From the NCBI GenBank assembly GCA_964247055.1, contig OZ176051.1, positions 1-64,000 on the forward strand: a stretch of 64,000 bases of DNA, in the 5' to 3' direction. The position numbers and the translations under genes are program-made. The stretch's first letter is position 1; the number at the start of each line of letters is the position of its first letter. Below are positions 37,201-52,499 of the stretch, piece after piece. Origin of the DNA: Paragordius varius (Eukaryota; Animalia; Nematomorpha). A model generated the notes under the pieces. That model was not told the DNA's origin and ran no database searches. It saw only the letters and a list, made by a program, of their open reading frames with translations.

Positions 37201-40200
37201 TTTATGAATTTTTAAAATATTTAAAAAATTTATTTTATACGATTTTAAAAATAAAAATGGCTACCTAAAATCCAAATTTGATCAGGTGATGTCACCATAA
37301 TTTTTTTTGGGTAGCCCTATGGTAGTTCCATTATCACCCCAAATATTTTGGAGATCGGGCTATAAATGTAAATTTTATGAATTTTTTAAATATTTAAAAA
37401 ATTTATTTTATACGATTTTAAAAATAAAAATGGCTACCTAAAATCCAAATTTGATCAGGTGATGTCACCATAATTTTTTTTGGGTAGCCCTATGGTAGTT
37501 CCATCATCACCCCAAATATTTTGGAGATCGGACTTTAAATGTAAATTTTATGAATTTTTTAAATATTTAAAAAATTTATTTTATACGATTTTAAAAATAA
37601 AAATGGCTACCTAAAATCCAAATTGGATCAGGTGATGTCACCATAATTTTTTTTGGGTAGCCCTATGGTAGTTCCATCATAACCCCAAATATTTTTGAGA
37701 TCGGACTTTAAATGTAAATTTTATGAATTTTTAAAATATTTAAAAAATTTATTTTATACGATTTTAAAAATAAAAATGGCTACCTAAAATCCAAATTTGA
37801 TCAGGTGATGTCACCATAATTTTTTTTGGGTATCCCTATGGTAGTTCCATCATCACCCCAAATATTTTGGAGATCGGGCTATAAATGTAAATTTTATGAA
37901 TTTTTTAAATATTTAAAAATTTATTTTATACGATTTTAAAAATAAAAATGGCTACCTAAAATCCAAATTTGATCAGGTGATGTCACCATAATTTTTTTTG
38001 GGTAGCCCTATGGTAGTTCCATCATCACCCCAAATATTTTGGAGATCGGGCTATAAATGTAAATTTTATGAATTTTTTAAATATTTAAAAAATTTATTTT
38101 ATACGATTTTAAAAATAAAAATGGCTACCTAAAATCCAAATTTGATCAGGTGATGTCGCCATAAATTTTTTTGGGTAGCCCTATGGTAGTTCCATCATAA
38201 CCTCAAATATTTTTGAGATCGGACTTTAAATGTAAATTTTATGAATTTTTAAAATATTTAAAAAATTTATTTTATACGATTTTAAAAATAAAAATGGCTA
38301 CCTAAAATCCAAATTTGATCAGGTGATGTCACCATAATTTTTTTTGGGTAGCCCTATGGTAGTTCCATCATCACCCCAAATATTTTGGAGATCGGGCTAT
38401 AAATGTAAATTTTATGAATTTTTTAAATATTTAAAAAATTTATTTTATACGATTTTAAAACTAAAAATGGCTACCTAAAATCCAAATTTGATCTGGTGAT
38501 GTCACCATAATTTTTTTTGGGTAGCCCTATGGTAGTTCCATTATCACCCCAAATATTTTGGAGATCGGGCTATAAATGTAAATTTTATGAATTATTTAAA
38601 TATTTAAAAAATTTATTTTATACGATTTTAAAAATAAAAATGGCTACCTAAAATCCAAATTTGATCAGGTGATGTCACCATAATTTTTTTTGGGTAGCCC
38701 TATGGTAGTTCCATCATCACCCAAATATTTTGGAGATCGGGCTATAAATGTAAATTTTATGAATTTTTGAAATATTTAAAAAATTTATTTTATACGATTT
38801 TAAAAATAAAAATGGCTACCTAAAATCCAAATTTGATCAGGTGATGTCACCATAATTTTTTTTGGGTAGCCCTATGGTAGTTCCATCATCACCCCAAATA
38901 TTTTGGAGATCGGGCTATAAATGTAAATTTTATGAATTTTTTAAATATTTAAAAAATTTATTTTATACGATTTTAAAAATAAAAATGGCTACCTAAAATC
39001 CAAATTTGATCAGGTGATGTCACCATAATTTTTTTTGGGTAGCCCTATGGTAGTTCCATCATCACCCCTAATATTTTGGAGATCGGGCTATAAATGTAAA
39101 TTTTATGAATTTTTTAAGTATTTAAAAAATTTATTTTATATGATTTTAAATATAAAAATGGCTACCTAAAATCCAAATTTGATCAGGTGATGTCACCATA
39201 ATTTTTTTTGGGTAGCCCTATGGTAGTTCCATCATCACCCCAAATATTTTGGAGATCGGGCTATAAATGTAAATTTCATGAATTTTTTAAATATTTAAAA
39301 AATTTATTTTATACGATTTTAAAAATAAAAATGGCTACCTAAAATCCAAATTTGATCAGGTGATGTCACCATAATTTTTTTTGGGTAGCCCTATGGTAGT
39401 TCCATCATCACCCCAAATATTTTGGAGATCGGGCTATAAATGTAAATTTTATGAATTTTTTAAATATTTAAAAAATTTATTTTATACGATTTTAAAAATA
39501 AAAATGGCTACCTAAAATCCAAATTTGATCAGGTGATGTCACCATAATTTTTTTTGGGTAGCCCTATGGTAGTTCCATCATCACCCCAAATATTTTGGAG
39601 ATCGGGCTATAAATGTAAATTTTATGAATTTTTTAAGTATTTAAAAAATTTATTTTATATGATTTTAAATATAAAAATGGCTACCTAAAATCCAAATTTG
39701 ATCAGGTGATGTCACCATAATTTTTTTTGGGTAGCCCTATGGTAGTTCCATCATCACCCCAAATATTTTGGAGATCGGGCTATAAATGTAAATTTTATGA
39801 ATTTTTTAAATATTTAAAAAATTTTTTTTATACGATTTTAAATATAAAAATGGCTACCTAAAATCCAAATTTGATCAGGTGATGTCACCATAATTTTTTT
39901 TGGGTAGCCCTATGGTAGTTTCATCATCACCCCAAATATTTTGGAGATCGGGCTATAAATGTAAATTTTATGAATTTTTAAAATATTTAAAAAATTTATT
40001 TTATACGATTTTAAAAATAAAAATGGCTACCTTAAAACCAAATTTGATCAGGTGATGTCACCATAATTTTTTTTGGGTAGCCCTATGGTAGTTTCATCAT
40101 CACCCCAAATATTTTGGAGATCGGGCTATAAATGTAAATTTTATGAATTTTTTAAATATTAAAAAATTTATTTTATACGATTTTAAAAATAAAAATGGCT

Positions 40201-43200
40201 ACCTAAAATCCAAATTTGATCAGGTGATGTCACCATAATTTTTTTTGGGTAGCCCTATGGTAGTTCCATCATCACCCCAAATATTTTGGAGATCGGTTTA
40301 TAAATGTAAATATTATGAATTTTTTAAATATTTAAAAAATTTATTTTATACGATTTTAAATATAAAAATGGCTACCTATAATCCAAATTTGATCAGGTGA
40401 TGTCGCCATAATTTTTTTTGGGTAGCCCTATGGTAGTTCCATCATCACCCCAAATATTTTTGAGATCGGACTATAAATGTAATTTTTATGAATTTTTTAA
40501 ATATTTAAAAAATTTATTTTATACGATTTTAAAAATAAAAATGGCTACCTAAAATCCAAATTTGATCAGGTGATGTCACCATAATTTTTTTTGGGTAGCC
40601 CTATGGTAGTTCCATCATCACCCCAAATATTTTGGAGATCGGGCTATAAATATTTTTTAAATATTTAAAAAATTTATTTTATATGATTTTAAATATATAA
40701 ATGGCTACCTAAAATCCAAATTTGATCAGGTGATGTCACCATAATTTTTTTTGGGTAGCCCTATGGTAGTTCCATCATCACCCCAAATATTTTGGAGATC
40801 GGGCAAATGTAAATTTTATGAATTTTTTAAATATTTAAAAAATTTATTTTATACGATTTTAAAAATAAAAATGGCTACCTAAAATCCAAATTTGATCAGG
40901 TGATGTCACCATAAATTTTTTTGGGTAGCCCTATGGTAGTTCCATCATCACCCCAAATATTTTTGTGATCGGACTTTAAATGTAAATTTTATGAATTTTT
41001 TAAATATTTAAAAAATTTATTTTATACGATTTTAAAAATAAAAATGGCTACCTAAAATCCAAATTTGATCAGGTGATGTCACCATAATTTTTTTTGGGTA
41101 GCCCTATGGTAGTTCCATCATCACCCCAAATATTTTGGAGATCGGGCTATAAATGTAAATTTTATGAATTTTTTAAATATTTAAAAAATTTATTTTATAC
41201 GATTTTAAAAATAAAAATGGCTACCTAAAATCCAAATTTGATCAGGTGATGTCACCATAATTTTTTTTGGGTAGCCCTATGGTAGTTCCATCATCACCCC
41301 AAATATTTTGGAGATCGGGCTATAAATGTAAATTTTATGAATTTTTTAAATATTTAAAAAATTTATTTTATACGATTTTAAAAATAAAAATGGCTACCTA
41401 AAATCCAAATTTGATCAGGTGATGTCACCATAATTTTTTTTGGGTAGCCCTATGGTAGTTCCATCATAACCCCAAATATTTTTCAGATCGGACTTTAAAT
41501 GTAAATTTTATGAATTTTTAAAATAATTTATTTTATACGATTTTAAAAATAAAAATGGCTACCTAAAATCCAAATTTGATCAGGTGATGTCGCCATAATT
41601 TTTTTTGGGTAACCTTATGGTAGTTCCATCATAACTTCAAATATTTTTGAGATCGGACTTTAAATGTAAATTTTATGAATTTTTTAAATATTTAAAAAAT
41701 TTATTTTATACGATTTTAAATATAAAAATGGCTACCTAAAATCCAAATTTGATCAGGTGATGTCGCCATAATTTTTTTTGGGTAGCCCTATGGTAGTTCC
41801 ATCATCACCCCAAATATTTTGGAGATCGGACTATAAATTTAATTTTTATGAATTTTTTAAATATTTAAAAAATTTATTTTATACGATTTTAAATATAAAA
41901 ATGGCTACCTAAAATCCAAATTTGATCAGGTGATGTCACCATAATTTTTTTTGGGTAGCCCTATGGTAGTTCCATCATCACCCCAAATATTTTGGAGATC
42001 GGGCTATAAATGTAAATTTTATGAATTTTTTAAATATTTAAAAAATTTATTTTAACTGATTTTAAATATAAAAATGGCTGCCTAAAATCCAAATTTGATC
42101 AGGTGATGTCACCATAATTTTTTTTGGGTAGCCCTATGGTAGTTCCATCATCACCCCAAATATTTTGGAGATCGGGCTATAAATGTAAAATTTATGAATT
42201 TTTTAAATATTTAAAAAATTTATTTTATACGATTTTAAAAATAAAAATGGCTACCTAAAATCCAAATTTGATCAGGTGATGTCACCATAATTTTTTTTGG
42301 GTAGCCCTATGGTAGTTCCATCGTCACCCCAAATATTTTGGAGATCGGGCTATAAATGTAAATTTTATGAATTTTTTAAGTATTTAAAAAATTTATTTTA
42401 TATGATTTTAAATATAAAAATGGCTACCTAAAATCCAAATTTGATCAGGTGATGTCACCATAATTTTTTTTGGGTAGCCCTATGGTAGTTCCATCATCAC
42501 CCCAAATATTTTGGAGATCGGGCTATAAATGTAAATTTTATGAATTTTTTAAATATTTAAAAAATTTATTTTATACGATTTTAAAAATAAAAATGGCTAC
42601 CTAAAATCCAAATTTGATCAGGTGATGTCACCATAATTTTTTTTGGGTAGCCCTATGGTAGTTCCATCATCACCCCAAATATTTTGGAGATCGGGCTATA
42701 AATGTAAATTTTATGAATTTTTTAAATATTTAAAAAATTTATTTTATACGATTTTAAAAATAAAAATGGCTACCTAAAATCCAAATTTGATCAGGTGATG
42801 TCACCATAATTTTTTTTGGGTAGCCCTATGGTAGTTCCATCATAACCCCAAATATTTTTTAGATCGGACTTTAAATGTAAATTTTATGAATTTTTAAAAT
42901 AATTTATTTTATACGATTTTAAAAATAAAAATGGCTACCTAAAATCCAAATTTGATCAGGTGATGTCACCATAATTTTTTTTGGGTAGCCCTATGGTAGT
43001 TCCATCATCACCCCAAATATTTTGGAGATCGGGCTATAAATGTAAATTTTATGAATTTTTTAAGTATTTAAAAAATTTATTTTATATGATTTTAAATATA
43101 AAAATGGCTACCTAAAATCCAAATTTGATCAGGTGATGTCACCATAATTTTTTTTGGGTAACCCTATGGTAGTTCCATCATCACCCCAAATATTTTGGAG

Positions 43201-46200
43201 ATCGGGCTATAAATGTAAATTTTATGAATTTTTTAAATATTTAAAAAATTTATTTTATACGATTTTAAAAATAAAAATGGCTACCTAAAATCCAAATTTG
43301 ATCAGGTGATGTCACCATAAATTTTTTTGGGTAGCCCTATGGTAGTTCCATCATCACCCCAAATATTTTTGTGATCGGACTTTAAATGTAAATTTTATGA
43401 ATTTTTTAAATATTTAAAAAATTTATTTTATACGATTTTAAAAATAAAAATGGCTACCTAAATAAAAATGGCTACCTAAAATCCAAATTTGATCAGGTGA
43501 TGTCACCATAATTTTTTTTGGGTAGCCCTATGGTAGTTCCATCATCACCCCAAATATTTTTGAGATCGGACTTTAAATGTAAATTTTATGAATTATTTAA
43601 ATATTTAAAAAATTTATTTTATACGATATTAAAAATAAAAATGGCTACCTAAAATCCAAATTTGATCAGGTGATGTCACCATAATTTTTTTTGGGTAGCC
43701 CTATGGTAGTTCCATCATCACCCCAAATATTTTGGAGATCGGGCTATAAATGTAAATTTTATGAATTTTTAAAATATTTAAAAAATTTATTTTATACGAT
43801 TTTAAAAATAAAAATGGCTACCTAAAATCCAAATTTGATCAGGTGATGTCACCATAATTTTTTTTGGGTAGCCCTATGGTAGTTCCATCATCACCCCAAA
43901 TATTTTGGAGATCGGGCTATAAATGTAAATTTTATGAATTTTTTAAATATTTAAAAAATTTATTTTATACGATTTTAAAAATAAAAATGGCTACCTAAAA
44001 TCCAAATTTGATCAGGTGATGTCACCATAATTTTTTTTGGGTAGCCCTATGGTAGTTCCATCATCACCCCAAATATTTTGGAGATCGGGCTATAAATGTA
44101 AATTTTATGAATTTTTTAAGTATTTAAAAAATTTATTTTATATGATTTTAAATATAAAAATGGCTACCTAAAATCCAAATTTGATCAGGTGATGTCACCA
44201 TAATTTTTTTTGGGTAACCCTATGGTAGTTCCATCATCACCCCAAATATTTTGGAGATCGGGCTATAAATGTAAATTTTATGAATTTTTTAAATATTTAA
44301 AAAATTTATTTTATACGATTTTAAAAATAAAAATGGCTACCTAAAATCCAAATTTGATCAGGTGATGTCACCATAAATTTTTTTGGGTAGCCCTATGGTA
44401 GTTCCATCATCACCCCAAATATTTTTGTGATCGGACTTTAAATGTAAATTTTATGAATTTTTTAAATATTTAAAAAATTTATTTTATACGATTTTAAAAA
44501 TAAAAATGGCTACCTAAAATCCAAATTTGATCAGGTGATGTCACCATAATTTTTTTTGGGTAGCCCTATGGTAGTTCCATCATAACCCCAAATATTTTTG
44601 AGATCGGACTTTAAATGTAAATTTTATGAATTTTTAAAATAATTTATTTTATACGATTTTAAAAATAAAAATGGCTACCTAAAATCCAAATTTGATCAGG
44701 TGATGTCGCCATAATTTTTTTTGGGTAACCTTATGGTAGTTCCATCATAACTTCAAATATTTTTGAGATCGGACTCTAAATGTAAATTTTATGAATTTTT
44801 TAAATATTTAAAAAATTTATTTTATACGATTTTAAATATAAAAATGGCTACCTAAAATCCAAATTTGATCAGGTGATGTCGCCATAATTTTTTTTGGGTA
44901 GCCCTATGGTAGTTCCATCATCACCCCAAATATTTTTGAGATCGGACTATAAATTTAATTTTTATGAATTTTTTAAATATTTAAAAAATTTATTTTATAC
45001 GATTTTAAATATAAAAATGGCTACCTAAAATCCAAATTTGATCAGGTGATGTCACCATAATTTTTTTTGGGTAGCCCTATGGTAGTTCCATCATCACCTC
45101 AAATATTTTTGTGATCAGACTTTAAATGTAAATTTTATGAATTTTTTAAATATTTAAAAAATTTATTTTATACGATTTTAAATATAAAAATGGCTACCTA
45201 AAATCCAAATTTGATCAGGTGATGTCACCATAATTTTTTTTGGGTAGCCCTATGGTAGTTTCATCATCACCCCAAATATTTTGGAGATCGGGCTATAAAT
45301 GTAAATTTTATGAATTTTTTAAATATTTAAAAAATTTATTTTATACGATTTTAAAAATAAAAATGGCTACCTAAAATCCAAATTTGATCAGGTGATGTCA
45401 CCATAATTTTTTTTGGGTAGCCCTATGGTAGTTCCATCATCACACCAAATATTTTGAAGATCGGGCTATAAATGTAAATTTTATGAATTTTTAAAATATT
45501 TAAAAAATTTATTTTATACGATTTTAAAAATAAAAATGGCTACCTAAAATCCAAATTTGAATAGGTGATGTCACCATAATTTTTTTTGGGTAGCCCTATG
45601 GTAGTTCCATCATCACCCCAAATATTTTGGAGATCGGGCTATAAATGTAAATTTTATGAATTTTTTAAATATTTAAAAAATTTATTTTATACGATTTTAA
45701 AAATAAAAATGGCTACCTAAAATCCAAATTTGATCAGGTGATGTCACCATAATTTTTTTTGGGTAGCCCTATGGTAGTTCCATCATCACCCCAAATATTT
45801 TGGAGATCGGGCTATAAATGTTAATTTTATGAATTTTTTAAATATTTAAAAAATTTATTTTATACGATTTTAAAAATAAAAATGGCTACCTAAAATCCAA
45901 ATTTGATCAGGTGATGTCACCATAATTTTTTTTGGGTAGCCCTATGGTAGTTCCATCATCACCCCAATATTTTGGAGATCGGGCTATAAATGTAAATTTT
46001 ATGAATTTTTAAAATATTTAAAAAATTTATTTTATACGATTTTAAAAATAAAAATGGCTACCTTAAAACCAAATTTGATCAGGTGATGTCACCATAATTT
46101 TTTTTGGGTAGCCCTATGGTAGTTTCATCACCCCAAATAATTTGGAGATCGGGCTATAAATGTAAATTTTATGAATTTTTTAAATATTTAAAAAATTTAT

Positions 46201-49200
46201 TTTATACGATTTTAAAAATAAAAATGGCTACCTAAAATCCAAATTTGATCAGGTGATGTCACCATAATTTTTTTTGGGTAGCCCTATGGTAGTTCCATCA
46301 TCACCCCACATATTTTGGAGATCGGTTTATAAATGTAAATATTATGAATTTTTTAAATATTTAAAAAATTTATTTTATACGATTTTAAATATAAAAATGG
46401 CTACCTAAAATCCAAATTTGATCAGGTGATGTCGCCATAATTTTTTTTGGGTAGCCCTATGGTAGTTCCATCATCACCCCAAATATTTTTGAGATCGGAC
46501 TATAAATGTAATTTTTATGAATTTTTTAAATATTTAAAAAATTTATTTTATACGATTTTAAATATAAAAATGGCTACCTAAAATCCAAATTTGATCAGGT
46601 GATGTCGCCATAATTTTTTTTGGGTAGCCCTATGGTAGTTCCATCATCACCCCAAATATTTTGGAGATCGGGCTATAAATGTAAATTTTATGAATTTTTT
46701 AAATATTTAAAAAATTTATTTTATACGATTTTAAAAATAAAAATGGCTACCTAAAATCCAAATTTGATCAGGTGATGTCACCATATTTTTTTTTGGGTAG
46801 CCCTATGGTAGTTTCATCATCACCCCAAATATTTTGGAGATCGGGCTATAAATGTAAATTTTATGAATTTTTAAAATATTTAAAAAATTTATTTTATACG
46901 ATTTTAAAAATAAAAATGGCTACCTTAAAACCAAATTTGATCAGGTGATGTCACCATAATTTTTTTTGGGTAGCCCTATGGTAGTTTCATCATCACCCCA
47001 AATATTTTGGAGATCGGGCTATAAATGTAAATTTTATGAATTTTTTAAATATTTAAAAAATTTATTTTATACGATTTTAAAAATAAAAATGGCTACCTAA
47101 AATCCAAATTTGATCAGGTGATGTCACCATAATTTTTTTTGGGTAGCCCTATGGTAGTTCCATCATCACCCCACATATTTTGGAGATCGGTTTATAAATG
47201 TAAATATTATGAATTTTTTAAATATTTAAAAAATTTATTTTATACGATTTTAAATATAAAAATGGCTACCTAAAATCCAAATTTGATCAGGTGATGTCGC
47301 CATAATTTTTTTTGGGTAGCCCTATGGTAGTTCCATCATCACCCCAAATATTTTTGAGATCGGACTATAAATGTAATTTTTATGAATTTTTTAAATATTT
47401 AAAAAATTTATTTTATACGATTTTAAATATAAAAATGGCTACCTAAAATCCAAATTTGATCAGGTGATGTCGCCATAATTTTTTTTGGGTAGCCCTATGG
47501 TAGTTCCATCATCACCCCAAATATTTTGGAGATCGGGCTATAAATGTAAATTTTATGAATTTTTTAAATATTTAAAAAATTTATTTTATACGATTTTAAA
47601 AATAAAAATGGCTACCTAAAATCCAAATTTGATCAGGTGATGTCACCATAATTTTTTTTGGGTAGCCCTATGGTAGTTCCATCATCACCCCAAATATTTT
47701 GGAGATCGGGCTATAAATGTAAATTTTATGAATTTTTTAAATATTTAAAAAATTTATTTTATACGATTTTAAAAATAAAAATGGCTACCTAAAATCCAAA
47801 TTTGATCAGGTGATGTCGCCATAATTTTTTTTGGGTAACCTTATGGTAGTTCCATCATAACTTCAAATATTTTTGAGATCGGACTTTAAATGTAAATTTT
47901 ATGAATTTTTAAATATTTAAAAAATTTATTTTATACGATTTTAAATATAAAAATGGCTACCTAAAATCCAAATTTGATCAGGTGATGTCGCCATAATTTT
48001 TTTTGGGTAGCCCTATGGTAGTTCCATCATCACCCCAAATATTTTTCAGATCGGACTTTAAATGTAAATTTTATGAATTTTTAAAATATTTAAAAAATTT
48101 ATTTTATACCATTTTAAAAATAAAAATGGCTACCTAAAATCCAAATTTGATCAGGTGATGTCACCATAATTTTTTTTGGGTAGCCCTATGGTAGTTCCTT
48201 CATCACCCCAAATATTTTGGAGATCGGGCTATAAATGTAAATTTTATGAATTTTTTAAATATTTAAAAAATTTATTTTATATGATTTTAAATATAAAAAT
48301 GGCTACCTAAAATCCAAATTTGATCAGGTGATGTCACCATAATTTTTTTTGGGTAGCCCTATGGTAGTTCCATCATCACCCCAAATATTTTGGAGATCGG
48401 GCTATAAATGTAAATTTTATGAATTTTTTAAATATTTAAAAAATTTATTTTATACGATTTTAAAAATAAAAATGGCTACCTAAAATCCAAATTTGATCAG
48501 GTGATGTCACCATAATTTTTTTGGGTAGCCGTATGGTAGTTCCATCATCACCCCAAATATTTTTGTGATCGGACTTTAAATGTAAATTTTATGAATTTTT
48601 TAAATATTTAAAAAATTTATTTTATACGATTTTAAAAATAAAAATGGCTACCTAAAATCCAAATTTGATCAGGTGATGTCACCATAATTTTTTTTGGGTA
48701 GCCCTATGGTAGTTCCATCATAACCCCAAATATTTTTCAGATCGGACTTTAAATGTTAATTTTATGAATTTTTAAAATATTTAAAAAATTTATTTTATAC
48801 GATTTTAAAAATAAAAATGGCTACCTTAAAACCAAATTTGATCAGGTGATGTCACCATAATTTTTTTTGGGTAGCCCTATGGTAGTTTCATCATCACCCC
48901 AAATATTTTGGAGATCGGGCTATAAATGTAAATTTTATGAATTTTTTAAATATTTAAAAAATTTATTTTATACGATTTTAAAAATAAAAATGGCTACCTA
49001 AAATCCAAATTTGATCAGGTGATGTCACCATAATTTTTTTTGGGTAGCCCTATGGTAGTTCCATCATCACCCCACATATTTTGGAGATCGGATTATAAAT
49101 GTAAATATTATGAATTTTTTAAATATTTAAAAAATTTATTTTATACGATTTTAAATATAAAAATGGCTACCTAAAATCCAAATTTGATCAGGTGATGTCG

Positions 49201-52200
49201 CCATAATTTTTTTTGGGTAGCCCTATGGTAGTTCCATCATCACCCCAAATATTTTTGAGATCGGACTATAAATGTAATTTTTATGAATTTTTTAAATATT
49301 TAAAAAATTTATTTTATACGATTTTAAATATAAAAATGGCTACCTAAAATCCAAATTTGATCAGGTGATGTCGCCATAATTTTTTTTGGGTAGCCCTATG
49401 GTAGTTCCATCATCACCCCAAATATTTTGGAGATCGGGCTATAAATGTAAATTTTATGAATTTTTTAAATATTTAAAAAATTTATTTTATACGATTTTAA
49501 AAATAAAAATGGCTACCTAAAATCCAAATTTGATCAGGTGATGTCACCATAATTTTTTTTGGGTAGCCCTATGGTAGTTCCATCATCACCCCAAATATTT
49601 TGGAGATCGGGCTATAAATGTAAATTTTATGAATTTTTTAAATATTTAAAAAATTTATTTTATACGATTTTAAAAATAAAAATGGCTACCTAAAATCCAA
49701 ATTTGATCAGGTGATGTCGCCATAATTTTTTTTGGGTAACCTTATGGTAGTTCCATCATAACTTCAAATATTTTTGAGATCGGACTTTAAATGTAAATTT
49801 TATGAATTTTTAAATATTTAAAAAATTTATTTTATACGATTTTAAATATAAAAATGGCTACCTAAAATCCAAATTTGATCAGGTGATGTCGCCATAATTT
49901 TTTTTGGGTAGCCCTATGGTAGTTCCATCATCACCCCAAATATTTTTCAGATCGGACTTTAAATGTAAATTTTATGAATTTTTAAAATATTTAAAAAATT
50001 TATTTTATACCATTTTAAAAATAAAAATGGCTACCTAAAATCCAAATTTGATCAGGTGATGTCACCATAATTTTTTTTGGGTAGCCCTATGGTAGTTCCA
50101 TCATCACCCCAAATATTTTGGAGATCGGGCTATAAATGTAAATTTTATGAATTTTTTAAATATTTAAAAAATTTATTTTATATGATTTTAAATATAAAAA
50201 TGGCTACCTAAAACCAAATTTGATCAGGTGATGTCACCATAATTTTTTTTGGGTAGCCCTATGGTAGTTCCATCATCACCCCAAATATTTTGGAGATCGG
50301 GCTATAAATGTAAATTTTATGAATTTTTTAAATATTTAAAAAATTTATTTTATACGATTTTAAAAATAAAAATGGCTACCTAAAATCCAAATTTGATCAG
50401 GTGATGTCACCATAATTTTTTTTGGGTAGCCCTATGGTAGTTCCATCATCACCCCAAATATTTTTGTGATCGGACTTTAAATGTAAATTTTATGAATTTT
50501 TTAAATATTTAAAAAATTTATTTTATACGATTTTAAAAATAAAAATGGCTACCTAAAATCCAAATTTGATCAGGTGATGTCACCATAATTTTTTTTGGGT
50601 AGCCCTATGGTAGTTCCATCATAACCCCAAATATTTTTCAGATCGGACTTTAAATGTTAATTTTATGAATTTTTAAAATATTTAAAAAATTTATTTTATA
50701 CGATTTTAAAAATAAAAATGGCTACCTAAAATCCAAATTTGATCAGGTGATGTCACCATAATTTTTTTTGGGTAGCCCTATGGTAGTTCCATCATAACCC
50801 CAAATATTTTTCAGATCGGACTTTAAATGTAAATTTTATGAATTTTTTAAATATTTAAAAAATTTATTTTATACGATTTTAAAAATAAAAATGGCTACCT
50901 AAAATCCAAATTTGATCAGGTGATGTCACCATAATTTATTTTGGGTAGCCCTATGGTAGTTCCATCATAACCCCAAATATTTTTCAGATCGGACTTTAAA
51001 TGTAAATTTTATGAATTTTTAAAATATTTAAAAAATTTATTTTATACGATTTTAAAAATAAAAATGGCTACCTAAAATCCAAATTTGATCAGGTGATGTC
51101 GCCATAATTTTTTTTGGGTAGCCCTATGGTAGTTCCATCATCACCCCAAATATTTTGGAGATCGGGCTATAAATGTAAATTTTATGAATTTTTTAAATAT
51201 TTAAAAAATTTATTTTATACGATTTTAAAAATAAAAATGGCTACCTAAAATCCAAATTTGATCAGGTGATGTCACCATAATTTTTTTTGGGTAGCCCTAT
51301 GGTAGTTCCATCATAACCCCAAATATTTTTCAGATCGGACTTTAAATGTAAATTTTATGAATTTTTAAAATATTTAAAAAATTTATTTTATACGATTTTA
51401 AAAATAAAAATGGCTACCTAAAATCCAAATTTGATCAGGTGATGTCGCCATAATTTTTTTGGGTAGCCCTATGGTAGTTCCATCATCACCCCAAATATTT
51501 TGGAGATCGGGCTATAAATGTAAATTTTATGAATTTTTTAAATATTTAAAAAATTTATTTTATACGATTTTAAAAATAAAAATGGCTACCTAAAATCCAA
51601 ATTTGATCAGGTGATGTCACCATAATTTTTTTTGGGTAGCCCTATGGTAGTTCCATCATAACCCCAAATATTTTTCAGATCGGACTTTAAATGTAAATTT
51701 TATGAATTTTTAAAATATTTAAAAAATTTATTTTATACCATTTTAAAAATAAAAATGGCTACCTAAAATCCAAATTTGATCAGGTGATGTCACCTAAATT
51801 TTTTTTGGGTAGCCCTATGGTAGTTCCATCATCACCCCAAATATTTTGGAGATCGGGCTATAAATGTAAATTTTATGAATTTTTTAAATATTTAAAAAAT
51901 TTATTTTATACGATTTTAAAAATAAAAATGGCTACCTAAAATCCAAATTTGATCAGGTGATGTCACCATAATTTTTTTTGGGTAGCCCTATGGTAGTTCC
52001 ATCATCACCCCAAATATTTTGGAGATCGGGCTATAAATGTAAATTTTATGAATTTTTTAAATATTTAAAAAATTTATTTTATACGATTTTAAAAATAAAA
52101 ATGGCTACCTAAAATCCAAATTTGATCAGGTGATGTCGCCATAATTTTTTTTGGGTAACCTTATGGTAGTTTCATCATAACCCCAAATATTTTTGAGATC

Positions 52201-52499
52201 GGGCTATAAATGTAAATTTTATGAATTTTTTAAATATTTAAAAAATTTATTTTATACGATTTTAAAAATAAAAATGGCTACCTAAAATCCAAATTTGATC
52301 AGGTGATGTCGCCATAATTTTATTTGGGTAGCCCTATGGTAGTTCCATCATCACCCCAAATATTTTGGAGATCGGGCTATAAATGTAAATTTTATGAATT
52401 TTTTAAATATTTAAAAAATTTATTTTATACGATTTTAAAAATAAAAATGGCTACCTAAAATCCAAATTTGATCAGGTGATGTCACCATAATTTTTTTTG

